From Lama guanicoe (taxonomy: Eukaryota), in assembly GCA_013239625.1 (NCBI GenBank), contig MU053881.1, positions 4,857,957 to 4,921,956 of the forward strand: a stretch of 64,000 nucleotides of DNA. The letters run 5' to 3'. The translations under genes were made by a program, and so were the position numbers. The notes under the pieces were generated by a model, which was not told the origin of the DNA, searched no databases, and worked only from the letters and a program-made list of their open reading frames with translations. How positions within the stretch are numbered: the stretch's first letter is position 1; each line of letters begins with the position of its first letter. Of this stretch, positions 1 to 12,165 are shown one piece after another.

Positions 1-259
1 TGTGTCGTCCTCAAGGGCGGGGGCTCCCATTTATGTGCAGTCCTCGGGGTCTAACGCACAGGGGGAGCTCGACAGTTAGAAGATGCTTTGGATGATGCTG
101 GTAACAACCATGACTACAGCGATGAAGACGATGATGAAAAATACAGATTCTTGAAGATGAGAAAAATCCCCCGTCTGGGGATTAAAAGAACGGTTAGTTG
201 CCAGAAGTCTAACCAGGGAGAGCACCTGCTCTGTCTCTGGTCCTCCCCCCCCAGCCTTG

Positions 260-945
260 TTCACTAGTTCCCCTTTTCTCTGTCTTTACTCAGATCTCTG
301 GGTGATCTCACCCTACCTCGTGGCTTTAAATTCCACCTGTGCGCCAGAGACTCCCAAACTCACGCCTCTGGCCCCGACTGCTGTCCCAGACTCCAGACTC
401 ACACAGCCGCCTGCCTACCTGTCACCGTGACCTGAGTGTCTAACAGACACCTCAGACCCAGCGTGTCCAAAACCCAACTCCTGACCTTCTTCCTCCTCCA
501 GTTCCTTAGGCCAAAAATCTCAGTCTTTGCTCTCTTTCCTTCAAGAATGATGTCCATTCCTTCAGGAAGCTCTGTCCCGTGGGTCTGTCTTCAAAATACA
601 TCCAGGTTACGACTACCTTTCACCACCTCTACTGCCACCAGCCTGGTACAAGCCACCAGCACCTGCCACCTGGGTGGCTGCCACTGTCCTCGTAACTGGT
701 CTCCCCGCTCTGCTCGTATCCCCTTCACTTTGTCATCAACATACAAGTCACATCGAGTCACTCCTCTGCTCCAAGTCCTCTGAAGGCTCCCCATGTCCCT
801 CAGAGTGTAAGGCCAACCCTCCCAGTGACATACAAGGCCATTCGTTAACGATACTGTCCACCCGTCTCTCTGACCACCTGTGTTACTTCTCTCCCACTCC
901 TCACGCTCTGCGCCAGCCACAGTGGCTTCCGCGCTAGTCCCCAAA
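260..945. mobile_element. L2 LINE fragment, interrupted by an LTR and resuming ~1753-1930 and ~2200-2330
   Basis: L2-like motifs such as CACCACCTCTACTGCCACCAGCCTGGTACAAGCCACC and terminal TAGATACTTGAATGAA; boundaries approximate. Confidence 0.65.
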
Positions 946-1752
946 TGTGCCAGTCAATCATGCTCTGACTCTGAGGTTCCCCCCCGCCACCACCAAGCAG
1001 TTCTCTAACACCAGCTGGGCGTCCTACAATTCCGCTCCATTCCGACACTGTCTACCTGGAGCTGGTGTCAGATCACGCAGGATAAGGGTTCAGTCCTCCA
1101 AGACGCCTCCCACCCCCAGCTTCAGACTCTAATCACAAGTCCAGGTTGTCACTGGCACTTCTGACCAACAGGCTATAGATGGGAGGTTTCCACCGAGCCC
1201 TCCTCCTGGGGTTCCATTAATTGGCTTTAGAGCGGAACTCAGAGAAACGTTTAGTTTACTAGATCACCAGTTTATTATAAAAGGATGTAACTCAGGAACA
1301 TCCAGGTGGAAGAGATGCACGGGGCCAGGTATGGGGAGACGGGGCGGAGCTTCCATGCCCTCCCAAAGGGCAGCACTCTGCCCAGTCTCCACTTGTTCAC
1401 CAACCTGGAAGCTCACCAGACCCCATCCTTTCTGGGTTTTTATGGAGGCCTCATTACATAGTCAGGATTGATGAGGTCATGGACAATTGGTGATTAAACT
1501 TAACCTCCAGCCCTGCTCCCCTCCCTGGATACTAGGAGGCAGGACTGTAAGTTCCAATCGCCTAATCACACAGTTGGTTCCCTTGGTACCAACCCCATCC
1601 TTAATTAGTGCTCTCCCAAAGTCACCTCAAGAATGTAACTAAGGACAACTTTATCACTCTCACTGCAGGAAATTCCAGGGGTTTTAGGACCTCTGTGCCA
1701 GGAACAGAACAAAGACCAAATATATATTTCTTATTATAAATCACAAGGCCAC
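946..1752. mobile_element. Solo LTR, MER21-like
   Basis: Resembles recalled MER21 consensus (CACCAGCTGGGCGTCC...GGAAGAGATGCAC...GACCAAATATATATTTCTTATTATAAATCACA); TG...CA ends. Confidence 0.7.
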
Positions 1753-1944
1753 ACATGCTCCCACCGTAGTCCTCTGCTCCAGCTGGACCCTCTTCTCCGG
1801 GCCATCCACTCTGCTCTGATCTTTCCTCCTGCATGAGACCAAACCTGCCCCCATGCCTATATTCCAGTTCTCTGTTAGCTGGCTCCACATTCCCCCAAAC
1901 ACTTATTCCCTAATGTAATAAGTTATTTATTTAGTATGTTAATT

Positions 1945-2190
1945 GCTTTTATTCAAGTATAGTTGATTGACAATATTATATTAGATTCAGGTGTACAGCA
2001 TAGAGATTTAGTATTTTTGCAGGTCATACTCCATTATAAGTCATGACAAGACAATGGCTATAATTCTCTGTACTATACAATGTATCCTTGTTGCTTATCT
2101 GTTTTATACATAGTAGTTAATCCCATAGCCCTGATTTGTCCCTCCCCCGCTCCCCTCTCCCCTTTGGTAACCACAAGTTTGTTTTCTAGT
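1945..2190 (-). mobile_element. L1 3' end fragment
   Basis: GTATAGTTGATTGACAATATTATATTAG...CCCTTTGGTAACCACAAGTTTGTTTTCT, typical reverse-oriented L1 3'UTR. Confidence 0.7.
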
Positions 2191-3055
2191 ATGCTGTTTC
2201 TCACCTGCCCACCCTTCCCCACATACTGCAAGTTCCATGACAACAGGGAGTCTGTGTTTTGTTCCCTGAGTATCCCTAACATAGTGCCTGGCACAAAGTA
2301 AGATGCTCAGTAGATACTTGAATGAACAATCACTTGAAGGCTGTTCTAATAATTTAATTCCTTGGCTGTCAGCTAAGCAAAGTGGAGAATACAAGCTTGC
2401 CTTACTGTTTAACAGTGAAAATTAAGGTCCTTTGTGAAACATCTTCCAAAAACCATATACATAAGCTTTGTATATTTGCTTTAAAAAAACAATCTGGCAT
2501 TTATTAAAAAAAAAAAAATCCGTAAGAGCATTTCACATGGACCGATGGAAACAGGCTACTCACAGGTAGACCAAAGAGCGAATGTGAACACTGCCCCCTC
2601 ATGGTTGAACATGGAGATGGCGGCTTCCCACACTGCCAGCCCACTTAGGGACAACTTCCAACCCTGGTGGCTGATTAGGGTTACAAGATATGCGATCGAT
2701 GACATTTCAAAATGGGTCAGATTCAACCCTATTTTCAGACGGAGGCAAGGAAATGAGGAGTTAAGTGTCAAAGGGAGAACTTTTTGGGGAGTAAAATTTT
2801 TATTTAGCGCCCACACATTTCCATACTGTGAGGAGGATGTTGACAATTAGTGGGAAGTAAAGAAAAATGTTAAGACAAGAAAATCCTAACATGATAACAT
2901 CCATCTGCTGCACTTACAGCTGGAATCTGAGTGGGAATTTCCCATCTGTGCTTTATTCGCAGCTTTAATTTTGACTATAAATAAGACACACGTGTGCGCA
3001 ACTCGCACTGCGCGTCTTCTGGGGCCAGAAATTGTTTAAGGATGATATATAAAGT

Positions 3056-3058
<3 letters not shown>

Positions 3059-3090
<32 letters not shown>
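3059..3090. repeat. (CA)16 microsatellite
   Basis: Direct reading. Confidence 0.95.
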
Positions 3091-3093
<3 letters not shown>

Positions 3094-4007
3094 ACACTTT
3101 CACTCAGAATCTACTCATTAGTCAGTCTGAGGTGTACAACCAGGACATCTGACACTTCATACCTGCGGCCGTAACTGTTGGTACCCTCTGCTCGACAGAC
3201 CTAAACAGAACTCCCCAGCGCCCAGCCAGCCTGCCCTGCAGACCCTGGCTTTTTTTGCCACAGGAAACCCCAGGGCCCAGAGGCCCGGAAGCGGCCGGGT
3301 CTGGGGAGCCCACTGCTCAGTCACAGAAGCTGCACTTGCTACTTTTCACGTCTGTGTGATTCTCAGACTCCACGAGTATCTATATGGACTGTCACCCCTA
3401 CTTTACAGGTGGGGAAACTGAGGCTTAGTGACATCAGTCGCTAAGTCATGTGGTTTTTCTTTTTTTAATTGGTGGAGCCAATATCAAAAGCAAGTCTTTC
3501 CTCTCTGCCTCCACATTACCCTCCCAGGGCCTCTGGGGCTATAAATAGTGGGGGAGGCGCAGACTCTGCGTGCGAGGTCAGCCAGGCCTATAGCACAAGG
3601 AGACACCAACATCTCCCGGGCTGGCCAGGCCCAGGCCTTACAATACTGTAGGCCTCAACAGAACTCAGGCCCAGACAGGCCTTGGCTTATCACTAACTTT
3701 GCTCTCTTGGTTATATTTAGCTCTGGACCTCAAAGAGAAAAGGGTGGGCCAGCCCCTGAGAGCACACAGCCCCAGGCCAGACCAGGCCAGGCCTTCAGGC
3801 GTAGAAAGAGAAGAAAGGATGTCTGCCTCGGGCTGAGCTGTGTGCACCCTCCTTCCTTAGAGCTGCAGGATCTTGTCTGTCTTGCTCCTTGAGGGAGGGA
3901 CCAGGCAGTGTCTATAATGCTGTGTGTGTGGCTGGTGCTTAATAGCTCTTTGCTGAGTGAACAAAGCAAGGATCCAAGTTCATGTCCTAGAAATCTGTAC
4001 ATCAAGA

Positions 4008-4902
4008 TCAGGTACGTGACCTCACACCAGTCAGAATAGCCATCATTAAAATCCACAAGTGATGGATGCTGGAGAGGGTGTGGAGAAAAGGGAGCCCTCC
4101 TACACTGCTGGTGGGAATGCAGTTTGGTGCAGCCACTGTGGAAAACAGTATGGAGATTCCTTAAAAAACTAAAAATAGACTTGCCCTATGATCCAGCAAT
4201 CCCACTCCTGGGCATCTATCTGGAGGAAGCTCTAATTAGAAAAGATACATGCACCCCAGTGTTCACAGCAGCACTATTTACAATAGCCAAGACATGGAAG
4301 CAACCTAAATGTCCATTGACAGATGACTGGATAAAGAAGTTGTGGTATATATGAACAACTGAATACTACTCAACCATAAAAAAGAATGAAATAATGCCAT
4401 TTGCAGCAACATGGATGGACCTAGAGATTATCATACTAAGTGAAGTAAATCAGACAGAAAAAGACAAAATCATATGATATCACATATATGTGAAATCCTT
4501 AAAAGGACACAAATGATCTTATTTACAAAACAGAAACAGACTCACTGACATAAAAAACAAACATGGTTAGCAGGGGGGGGGGGAGTGGAAGGATAAATTG
4601 AGAGTTTGAGATCTGCAGACACTAACTATTATATATAAAATAGATAAACAAGAAGGTCCTACAGAATAGCACAGGGAACTATATTCAATACCTTGTAATA
4701 GCCTATAATGAAAAAGAATATGAAAAGGAATATATACAGAAACATATATATACATACATACATATATATTCCTTTTCATTATAGGCTATTACAAGGTGTA
4801 TATATGTGTGTGTGTGTATATGTATATAACTGAATCACTATGCTGTAGATCAGAAATTAACAAAACATTGTAAACCAACTGTACTTCAATTAAAAAAAAA
4901 AA
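4008..4902 (+). mobile_element. 5'-truncated, relatively young L1 (ORF2 C-terminus, 3'UTR, poly-A)
   Basis: ORF 4124..4354 [31 protein letters not shown] matches the L1 ORF2 C-terminal region; A-tail at 4892-4902. Confidence 0.92.
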
Positions 4903-4970
4903 GGTATACAAATTCCCAGAGGGATACCTTATAAAACCGAATGCATCTCATTCTATTAAATACAGTGAAC

Positions 4971-4976
4971 TTTATT
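4971..4976 (-). terminator. BNIP1: BNIP1 polyadenylation signal AATAAA
   Basis: tttatt on + strand ~410 nt downstream of the stop codon. Confidence 0.7.
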
Positions 4977-5384
4977 CCAGGAATGGACATGAGTTTTCAT
5001 CCCCTCCGTCCCCTCTCCTCTCTCCCTCCACCAGACCTGGCATTAGGGCTCAGCAGGAGAGGGAGAAGGAAGGAACATCGAATCCTGGACGCTGGCCTCT
5101 GGGTGCCCCGTGTGGCAGCCACCCACACTGTGCGACGGCTCTTCGAGTCCCCGTGTCCTTGAAGGTGGCCCGATGACAGGCCTCCCTCCCCTTGCTCTGC
5201 TCGCCCCCTTACGTGCCAGCCGACTGCAGAAACCTGGGGGGCTGTGTTTCCATCTGACCTGCTCAGCGACTGGAGCAGACTGGGGGGTGGCGTGGATCGG
5301 TGTGATAGCCGGGATCAGAGCTCAGGATTGTGGCTAGATCCTGATGCTGGAGCTCAGAGGGCAAAAGCTGGTAGCTCTCGGACC

Positions 5385-5581
5385 TTACAAAAATGGAAAG
5401 AGCCGCTTTTTCACAATATAGAGGACTGTAGCAAGAAAGAGGGCCAGAGCAAGGAAGATGAGAAGCTTGTCTGTCAGCTCTCGGCGATTATACTTTGTGA
5501 TGAGCTTCCGTCCCAACTGGATGGTCCCCGACATGGACTTAAATTCTTCGTTTGCATCCAGGATAGTCCGGGAAGAATTAA
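5385..5581 (-). CDS. BNIP1: BNIP1 last coding exon, (V)NSSRTILDANEEFKSMSGTIQLGRKLITKYNRRELTDKLLIFLALALFLATVLYIVKKRLFPFL*; end of SNARE motif plus tail anchor
   Basis: TTTCAG acceptor, TAA at 5387-5385; six exons sum to 687 nt = 228 aa plus stop. Confidence 0.96.
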
Positions 5582-6570
5582 CTGAAACAAAGGAGGAAGG
5601 AAGCCTGACTCAGAAACTGCACAGCACCAAGTCCAAAGACTCTGCTCTGCTGGCTGGGTCCCCAGTAAATAACACCGCACTCAGAAGCAAGTTCTTCTGA
5701 GCCAGAGCAGAGGATGTGAACAGAGGCCATGCAGAGGAGCACGGAACAGGACAGAGCAAGGGCAGGCACTTCCTTGGGTCCCGTCCAGCTCAGAGAGGGA
5801 TGTGGTTTGTTGACATTCAATGTCAGGGGCCATAAGTAGCAGTCCTTCCAACGTGGACATCACCAGGGCAAAGGGCAGAGGACGGTTCCTCTCCTCACTC
5901 CACTTTCTGAAGGAGGCAGGCGCTGCTAAGAACTGCCGGCCACAAAACTAAGACGGTGACTGGGGACAGGCACTGCGAGGTCCCCGTGGGGGCAGGGCTG
6001 GGAGGCAGGACCTCCCCCCACGAGGTGCACCCCGCCAGGATGCCTGCTGGTCACACCTACTCTTTGAGGGACAGTGGAAGGGCAAGGTGTCCTGCACTCT
6101 TGTCACAAGCCCTACACACGCCAGTCCTCCAGTCCTGGGACACTGGCTGTAGCTTTAAACGTGTGACACCTGTGCTCCAGCCCCTGCGTAAAACCTAGGA
6201 GGAGGCATGTGTCCCTTCAGGCTCACTTCACCTAGGTGTCAAATTAACTCCTGAGTGTGGGTTTCTGGGCCTGACACTCGGGGAAGAAGGTTTACGTGGT
6301 AAGATTCTCCTACAAAGCACAATAAGGCTTCAGAACATCCAAAGGATGAAACATGTTAAGAGAGAAGGCAAAGTGGGGAGGAGAATCCGTGAAATGTTTC
6401 CATTCGTGTAAGAAAGAAGGGGATAAGTAATATTTACTTTGCTTGCACTACACATGATTGCATAAGGATACGAAAGAAACTGGTAACAGCCTCTGGGGAG
6501 CAGACCTGGAGGCTGGGGGCCGGGGGGGTGTCAGAGGGAGAGCTGTCTTTCTGTTTCCCCCCGAGACCGT

Positions 6571-6914
6571 CCAGGGCTGTGCAACCTGGTGTGACGGCCA
6601 CTAGATACACATGGCACCTGCGTGTATAAAATGGGTCCCAATCCAAACTGCAATGTCTCCACGGATAAAATACCCACATGATTTCAAAGATTTAGGGAGA
6701 AAAGGGAAATGTAAAGTATTTCAGTAATTTTCAATATGAATTGCATGCGGAAATGGTAAAAAATATATTATTACAATTAACTTCATATATTTGTTTTTAC
6801 TTTTTTGAATATGCCTAATGGAAAATTTAAAGTTAGCATATGTGAAAAAATATATAATTAAAAAAAAATTAAGTTACCATATGTGGCTCACATTGTTTCT
6901 ATTGGACAGGGCTG
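6571..6914. mobile_element. hAT-Charlie MITE, MER3/MER33-like
   Basis: Terminal inverted repeats CAGGGCTGT...ACAGGGCTG and the ATATGTGGCTCACATT...CTATTGGACAG end. Confidence 0.6.
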
Positions 6915-7420
6915 GCCTGGAGGTTTTCGCCTTAACCATGTAATTTACATTACTGTTCCGCAAAATACAAGTTAATAAGCAAATAAAAGAAATTATCAGA
7001 GGAAACAGAGCAGCATTTTGAAAAACACAGATAAGGAGTAAAAACAAAGACTCTATACACAAAAATCCCTCTCGGCCCTTTCTCCATGCCTGCTGCCGTT
7101 CAGAAACCGTAGGAAGAACCTGTTAAATAATAACCTAATAGGCCTTTTCTTTTAAAACTTTCTTTATAGAGAATTTTAACCATCAAAAAAGTAGGTAGAA
7201 CAGTGTCATGAAATGCCATGTCCCATCACTCATACCCAAGAACCATCAACTCCCTGCAATCCTGTCCCCTCCACCCCGACCCCCAAAATTCCTATGATTT
7301 TGCAGCAATTTCCAGACATCATATCCCTAATACTCTTTTTTTTTTTTAACTCTTTTCCTAATAGGCTTTTAAATCAAGCTGAATTTGTGAGCCATAAGGA
7401 AAGGATTAAGAACTACATTC

Positions 7421-7606
7421 GGAGGAGAGTGTAGCTCAAGTGGTAGAGCACATGCTTAGTAGGCACAAGGTCTGGGGTTCAATCCCCAGTACTGCCTCTA
7501 GAAATGAATAAATAAACCTATCGCCACCCCCCCACCAAAACCATAAAATAAATCAATAAGTAAAATCACCTAGAAAATGTAAAGAAAAATAAGTTAGAAA
7601 AAATAA
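7421..7606 (+). mobile_element. tRNA-derived SINE (camelid Vic-1-like)
   Basis: A box TAGCTCAAGTGG, B box GGTTCAATCCC, A-rich tail, TSD AAGAACT(A/G)CATTC at 7408-7420 and 7607-7619. Confidence 0.85.
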
Positions 7607-8828
7607 AAGAACTGCATTCTTTTCTCAACTGTCTCTCCTACAAAATATGCCCCAAGAACAACCCTCAACACCCCAACAAGCACAGACATACGGTCTGTTC
7701 TGATGCGTGTGCTGGGGAAGGGCGTCCTGTCACTCACAGCAGAGCAGAAAAGCCCTGATCCCAAGGACAGGCTGGCTCCTCCCTCTCATGTCCCCCAAGG
7801 CCTCTCCCAGGCTCGGGCTGCACTCCCCAGTGCACACTCAGAGGAGGTGACCAGCTGGTCCTGAGCCTAAATGCCCAGATAAGTTTCAAATACAGGGAGT
7901 GACCTTGGGGACAAGCTGCTTGCTTTCCTTTTGGTTCTGTTTGAATAGCGCACTGGAAAAAAAAAAAGGTTCAAGATTACAGATAATTTTTAGGGGTGAT
8001 AATGGTACTGTGGTTTGGTTTTGTTTGTTTTTTGTTTCCAGTGTCTCTTATCTTTTAGAGAGACACACTGAAATAGTTACAGATGACGTCTGAGATTTGC
8101 TTCAAGTCGTCCAGATGGGGGCACAGTGAGGACAGAGTGAAACAAGACTAGCCGTGAGCTGACAATTTTTAAAGCTGGGTGATGGGTCCATGGGACTCAT
8201 GTACCACGGTCTCCATCTCCGTGTGAAATCTTCCAAAAGTGTTTCAAGGAGTAAACTCTCTTCCTCTGTTTTTCCAAACAGAAGATCCTGGACAGAGCAG
8301 ATTCTCTTCTGCATTGCAAGGGAGACATCATGGAAAAGCCACTGGAGAGAACCAGACGGTCTCAAGATGCCTCTTCTGTGGCCTCTGACTGTATCTTTCA
8401 AAAGGAGCTCACAGTAAAAATAGCACTGGGGAGCACCGTGGTAAGCGGAGGTCCTAGCCGGCAGCCAGCACACTGACCCTCATTCCGGACAACGGTTCCC
8501 AAACCTGCCTGGCCACGGACATCCCCAGAGCCCTTGATGAGAAACAGGCTCCCCGGCCGCTCCCCCAGGCTTGCGGGTACCCACTCTCCAGGAGAGGGCC
8601 CAGGGGGTGGGGGGTCTCTGCTTTTCCCATGAGCCCGTGCAAGTGCCTCTGCTGGGGAACACAGTTTGATGGGGGAGGTGTGGATCTTGTAGCACAACTA
8701 TAAAAACCAAAAAGAGAAATACGAGCAGCGTATCCCACCCTGGGGAAGGCCACAGTGTCAAAGGAGTAAGAAGCCACACAAACCAGTAAGCCTGGGGGCA
8801 GGGCGGGGGCAGAGGTGGAGGAGCCCAG

Positions 8829-8852
8829 GGTGCCGGTGCCGGTGCCGGTGCC
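8829..8852. repeat. (GGTGCC)4 tandem repeat in BNIP1 intron 5
   Basis: Direct reading. Confidence 0.9.
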
Positions 8853-8899
8853 GGGGCGAGGGCTCCGGGAGCAGCTTCCTGCCACAGGCCCGGCCTTAC

Positions 8900-9018
8900 C
8901 CAGCGTCTGCATGGCTTCCTCACTCTGCTGGACCTGCTGGGACATCATCCTGCTGATCCCCATGAGGCTCTCTGTGATGGCACTGGACGTCTGGGCCAGG
9001 CTCTCTTTGGCGGTTTTC
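8900..9018 (-). CDS. BNIP1: BNIP1 coding exon 5, (R)KTAKESLAQTSSAITESLMGISRMMSQQVQQSEEAMQTL
   Basis: 119 nt, TGTAG acceptor, GTAAG donor; visible within ORF 8454..9068. Confidence 0.96.
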
Positions 9019-9822
9019 CTACAAGTCCAGAGTGGGAGAAGGAATGTCAACAAAAGCCTGGCTTGCAAGAAAGCCCCAGATTCACATGAGATCCCATTTT
9101 CTAATCTATCGAATTAGTACAGATTTTGAAAAAGATCACGATCAGTGGAGGGGAAGGCTGTGCCCAGAGCACGCCGCTGCGGGCTGCTGGGGGGGACGGA
9201 AAGCGGGGCTGCCTTCTGGGGGCGATCTGGCGATACGTGCTAGGAGCCTTAGGAATGTTCACGACTGAGACCTCCTTTGGAAATCTCTCCAAAGGAAACA
9301 TCCAGAATGCGGATAAAGCCTTATGTCCTAACACGTGCCCTGGTGTGTTATTTACAACATTGACAAATGACATATAAACACACAAACAACGGACTAGTTA
9401 ATACAAGAGAATACTATGTACTGTTAAAATTTTGTTTAAAGAGTTGTTTTTTTTTTAAACAGGCAAGTCTTTGTGCTGTAATACTAAGTGGGGAAGAGCA
9501 GGAGACCAAATTTTATGTGTGGTACGGTATTGACTTTATAAAAAATATGGAGGGAAAAATAATGGGAGGAAGCGATATAACATAATGTTGGTGGCTAGCA
9601 CAGTTACGACCTACTTTCACTTTGTAATTTGTATTTTTCTTTATCCTACCAACTCATTACAAATAAGCGAGCATTTTTTTCATACTTAAAAATATTACTT
9701 ATATAATAGAATTAAATGCCAATTTTATGCTGAAAACAAGAGAGGGTTTACTACAGGGGGGGTCGCGCCTTGCCAGCTGCGGTCCATTTTATCACCACCC
9801 AGAGAGACAAAAAGATGGATAC

Positions 9823-9924
9823 CTTTGCCGGAAGAGGTCCCCTCCCTGGAGCAGTTCTGCTTTCTCTAGGTTGTCAATGGCAATTTTGCAAGTGAGATTT
9901 GCCTTCCTCCATGAGGTCTGATTG
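9823..9924 (-). CDS. BNIP1: BNIP1 coding exon 4, (S)NQTSWRKANLTCKIAIDNLEKAELLQGGDLFRQ(R), contains the BH3-like motif
   Basis: 102 nt, phase 2-2, TTCCAG acceptor and GTATC donor; hand translation. Confidence 0.95.
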
Positions 9925-12165
9925 CTGGAATCAGAAAGGTCGTGTGTGAGTTTCTGTTGACATCATCAGGCTGTCAGACAGTTCAAGTCACAGTAGTTCT
10001 TCCTTCCAGCAAGGGAGTGGTGCGGAAGGCCACCCAGGTGTGGCCCACAGAGCCCAGCCCCACCTCCCGCCACCCATTCCCCTTGGTTGCCCCGGCAACT
10101 GCTCCAGCTCAGGCCCCGGAACCTCTCATCTGGACCCTGGAGGCTGCCCCTGGGACGTTCTCCTACGGCTCATAACTGTCTCTGTCCCCCCAGGGCAGCC
10201 CGAGGGAGCAGTCTGGCCACAGCACGCCTCTGTTTACAGCCCACAATGGCTCCAGACTTGGGCAACATCCACTCTCCCCAGCTGGACACACGAGGCCCCG
10301 TTCCAGTTCCTCGCTACACTTTACTGCTCTGCCTCGGGTACTGCCTGGTTCAGTCCTCGAGAACCATGCCTTGTTCATCTCTGTATCACCAGATGCAGAA
10401 CGACAGCCACTGACCCATCAGCTGCTCACATCAATATATGTAGTAGGAAGTAGAAAAATCATTAAAAGACAGTCTTCAACATTTCTTCAAGATTTGCTGT
10501 TCTTTACAAACCACAGACCAATTACAGACAACACGAACATACGGTATGAGCATGGCCCAGTCTGACATGATTTGTTCACTCTCTTTACCTGAGCTCCCTT
10601 GCGAGAAACAACTCAAATTTGGTGAAATTTGGAGATCCCAGGAGTTAAGAGTGTGTGGACAGACTATAAAAAAGTGAACTGGGCCCCTCAGAGAATCAAA
10701 CTCACATTCTAGAACTCTTCTGCAGCTGGCTCAAATCAACTGAGCCAACCCCCAGAATATTTAAGAAGGCAAACGAGGGGACATGAACTGGCAGAGTGGT
10801 CCTGAACAGCACCTCTGTGTTCAAAGTGTTCAGGTGAACTCTCTGATGCCTGACCAGCATCTGCCACGCCGTCCCTAGCCTGGTATTTTAAAAGAATCAA
10901 TTACATTTTCGATCTGTTTGCAAGGGGCTTCTGCTGGGCCCTGCAATGCAGAGATGAATGAGCCACAGTGCCTGCCCTCAAGGAGCTCACATTCACTGGG
11001 GAGAAAGCCAAGCAAAGAGGTATTTACCGTATAGTGTGATGAGCCCGATACCCAGCACGGTACTGTTTCAACGCACAACTGGCAAAGTACTAATTTACTG
11101 CTTTCTCTCCTCTACCCGGGGATTCCACACCATGAAGGCCACTCTCAACTTTAAACCCATGCTGAGCTGATTTTGTTGGTGTCACTGGCTAGACTCTATA
11201 CAAGGGGTCCTCTTTACTCAGTGTGTATAATATGAGTCTCCACGGTGGTCTCGGGAAACAAAAGCCATCGTGACACAAAGTTATCACTCTTGAGCCAAAC
11301 ACCTTACCGTTGACGCTGGTCCCGCTCACCACGCACACATCCTTCCCTACTCACGCGAGCCTCCACCACGCCCCTGTCTGTGTCAGTTCCTTTCCTCCTG
11401 ACCTCTGGGTGTTATAAACACAGCTGCCACAGGGGAGGGTGATGCTGGAGAACTACTCAAATCAGAAGCAGTTAGACCGACTGACACGGATGAAGAGAAA
11501 ACCTTTGAGGATGTGACACACTAGCGACTTCAAAAGAGAATGATCTGGCTACCAGGGGGCTGGGAAAGCTGATGGGGCCCTCAAATATTTTTGCAAGTAT
11601 CAACCTTCTTTATGATTATGGTGCAAACATCAAATGTGAAGGATCAGGTACGGTTTCATGCTGTCAGACAGTTTTGTTGAGAAGTGCCCCAATTCAATAA
11701 CAGGAAATAACACATACTTCTAATCATGTCATCAGGAATTAGTATACTTGCAATGAAAACCTCCATTTTATTTAACATAAGCTTATTTATGTTTTTTTGT
11801 TCATTGTTAAAGATAAAGCCCCATTCAGAACTTTCTAAATGTTGGTCCATTTTAAGTAGGTTCACTTTCAGTGGGCTTTTCCTGGTATCAATTCTCCTTA
11901 GATTCAAAAAGACCTTGTATTACAAAAGCAATCATGTTTTTGCTTTTTAAAACATAAAATACAGAATGTTAAATATGCTTTTGTAAACTATGCACAGGTC
12001 CACCCACCCAGCAGCCCCTGCTTGCCTGCTGGCTTTGAGAATTACATTCAGTAAATGACACGATCAAGCCAGCAAGTCAGGCTTACTGGGCAAACCCAGG
12101 CACAAGCTGCGCAGGGAGCAGGTGACCCAGCCGAGGTCACTGGCAGGAGGCCAGGCCCCACCTAC

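Noticed and set aside
4124..4354. 76-aa ORF as a gene
   Set aside because: It is the L1 ORF2 C-terminal fragment of a 5'-truncated element.
7421..7500. tRNA gene calls for the four A-box/B-box elements (7421, 18756, 32539, 47531)
   Set aside because: They have A-rich tails, diverge from each other, and three show clear target-site duplications; they are SINEs, not tRNA genes.
8454..9068. 204-aa ORF as an independent gene or a long intron-retention isoform
   Set aside because: Only 8900-9018 is BNIP1 exon 5. The rest is GC-rich intron with a (GGTGCC)4 repeat, the donor is a strong GTAAG, and there is no recognisable homology.
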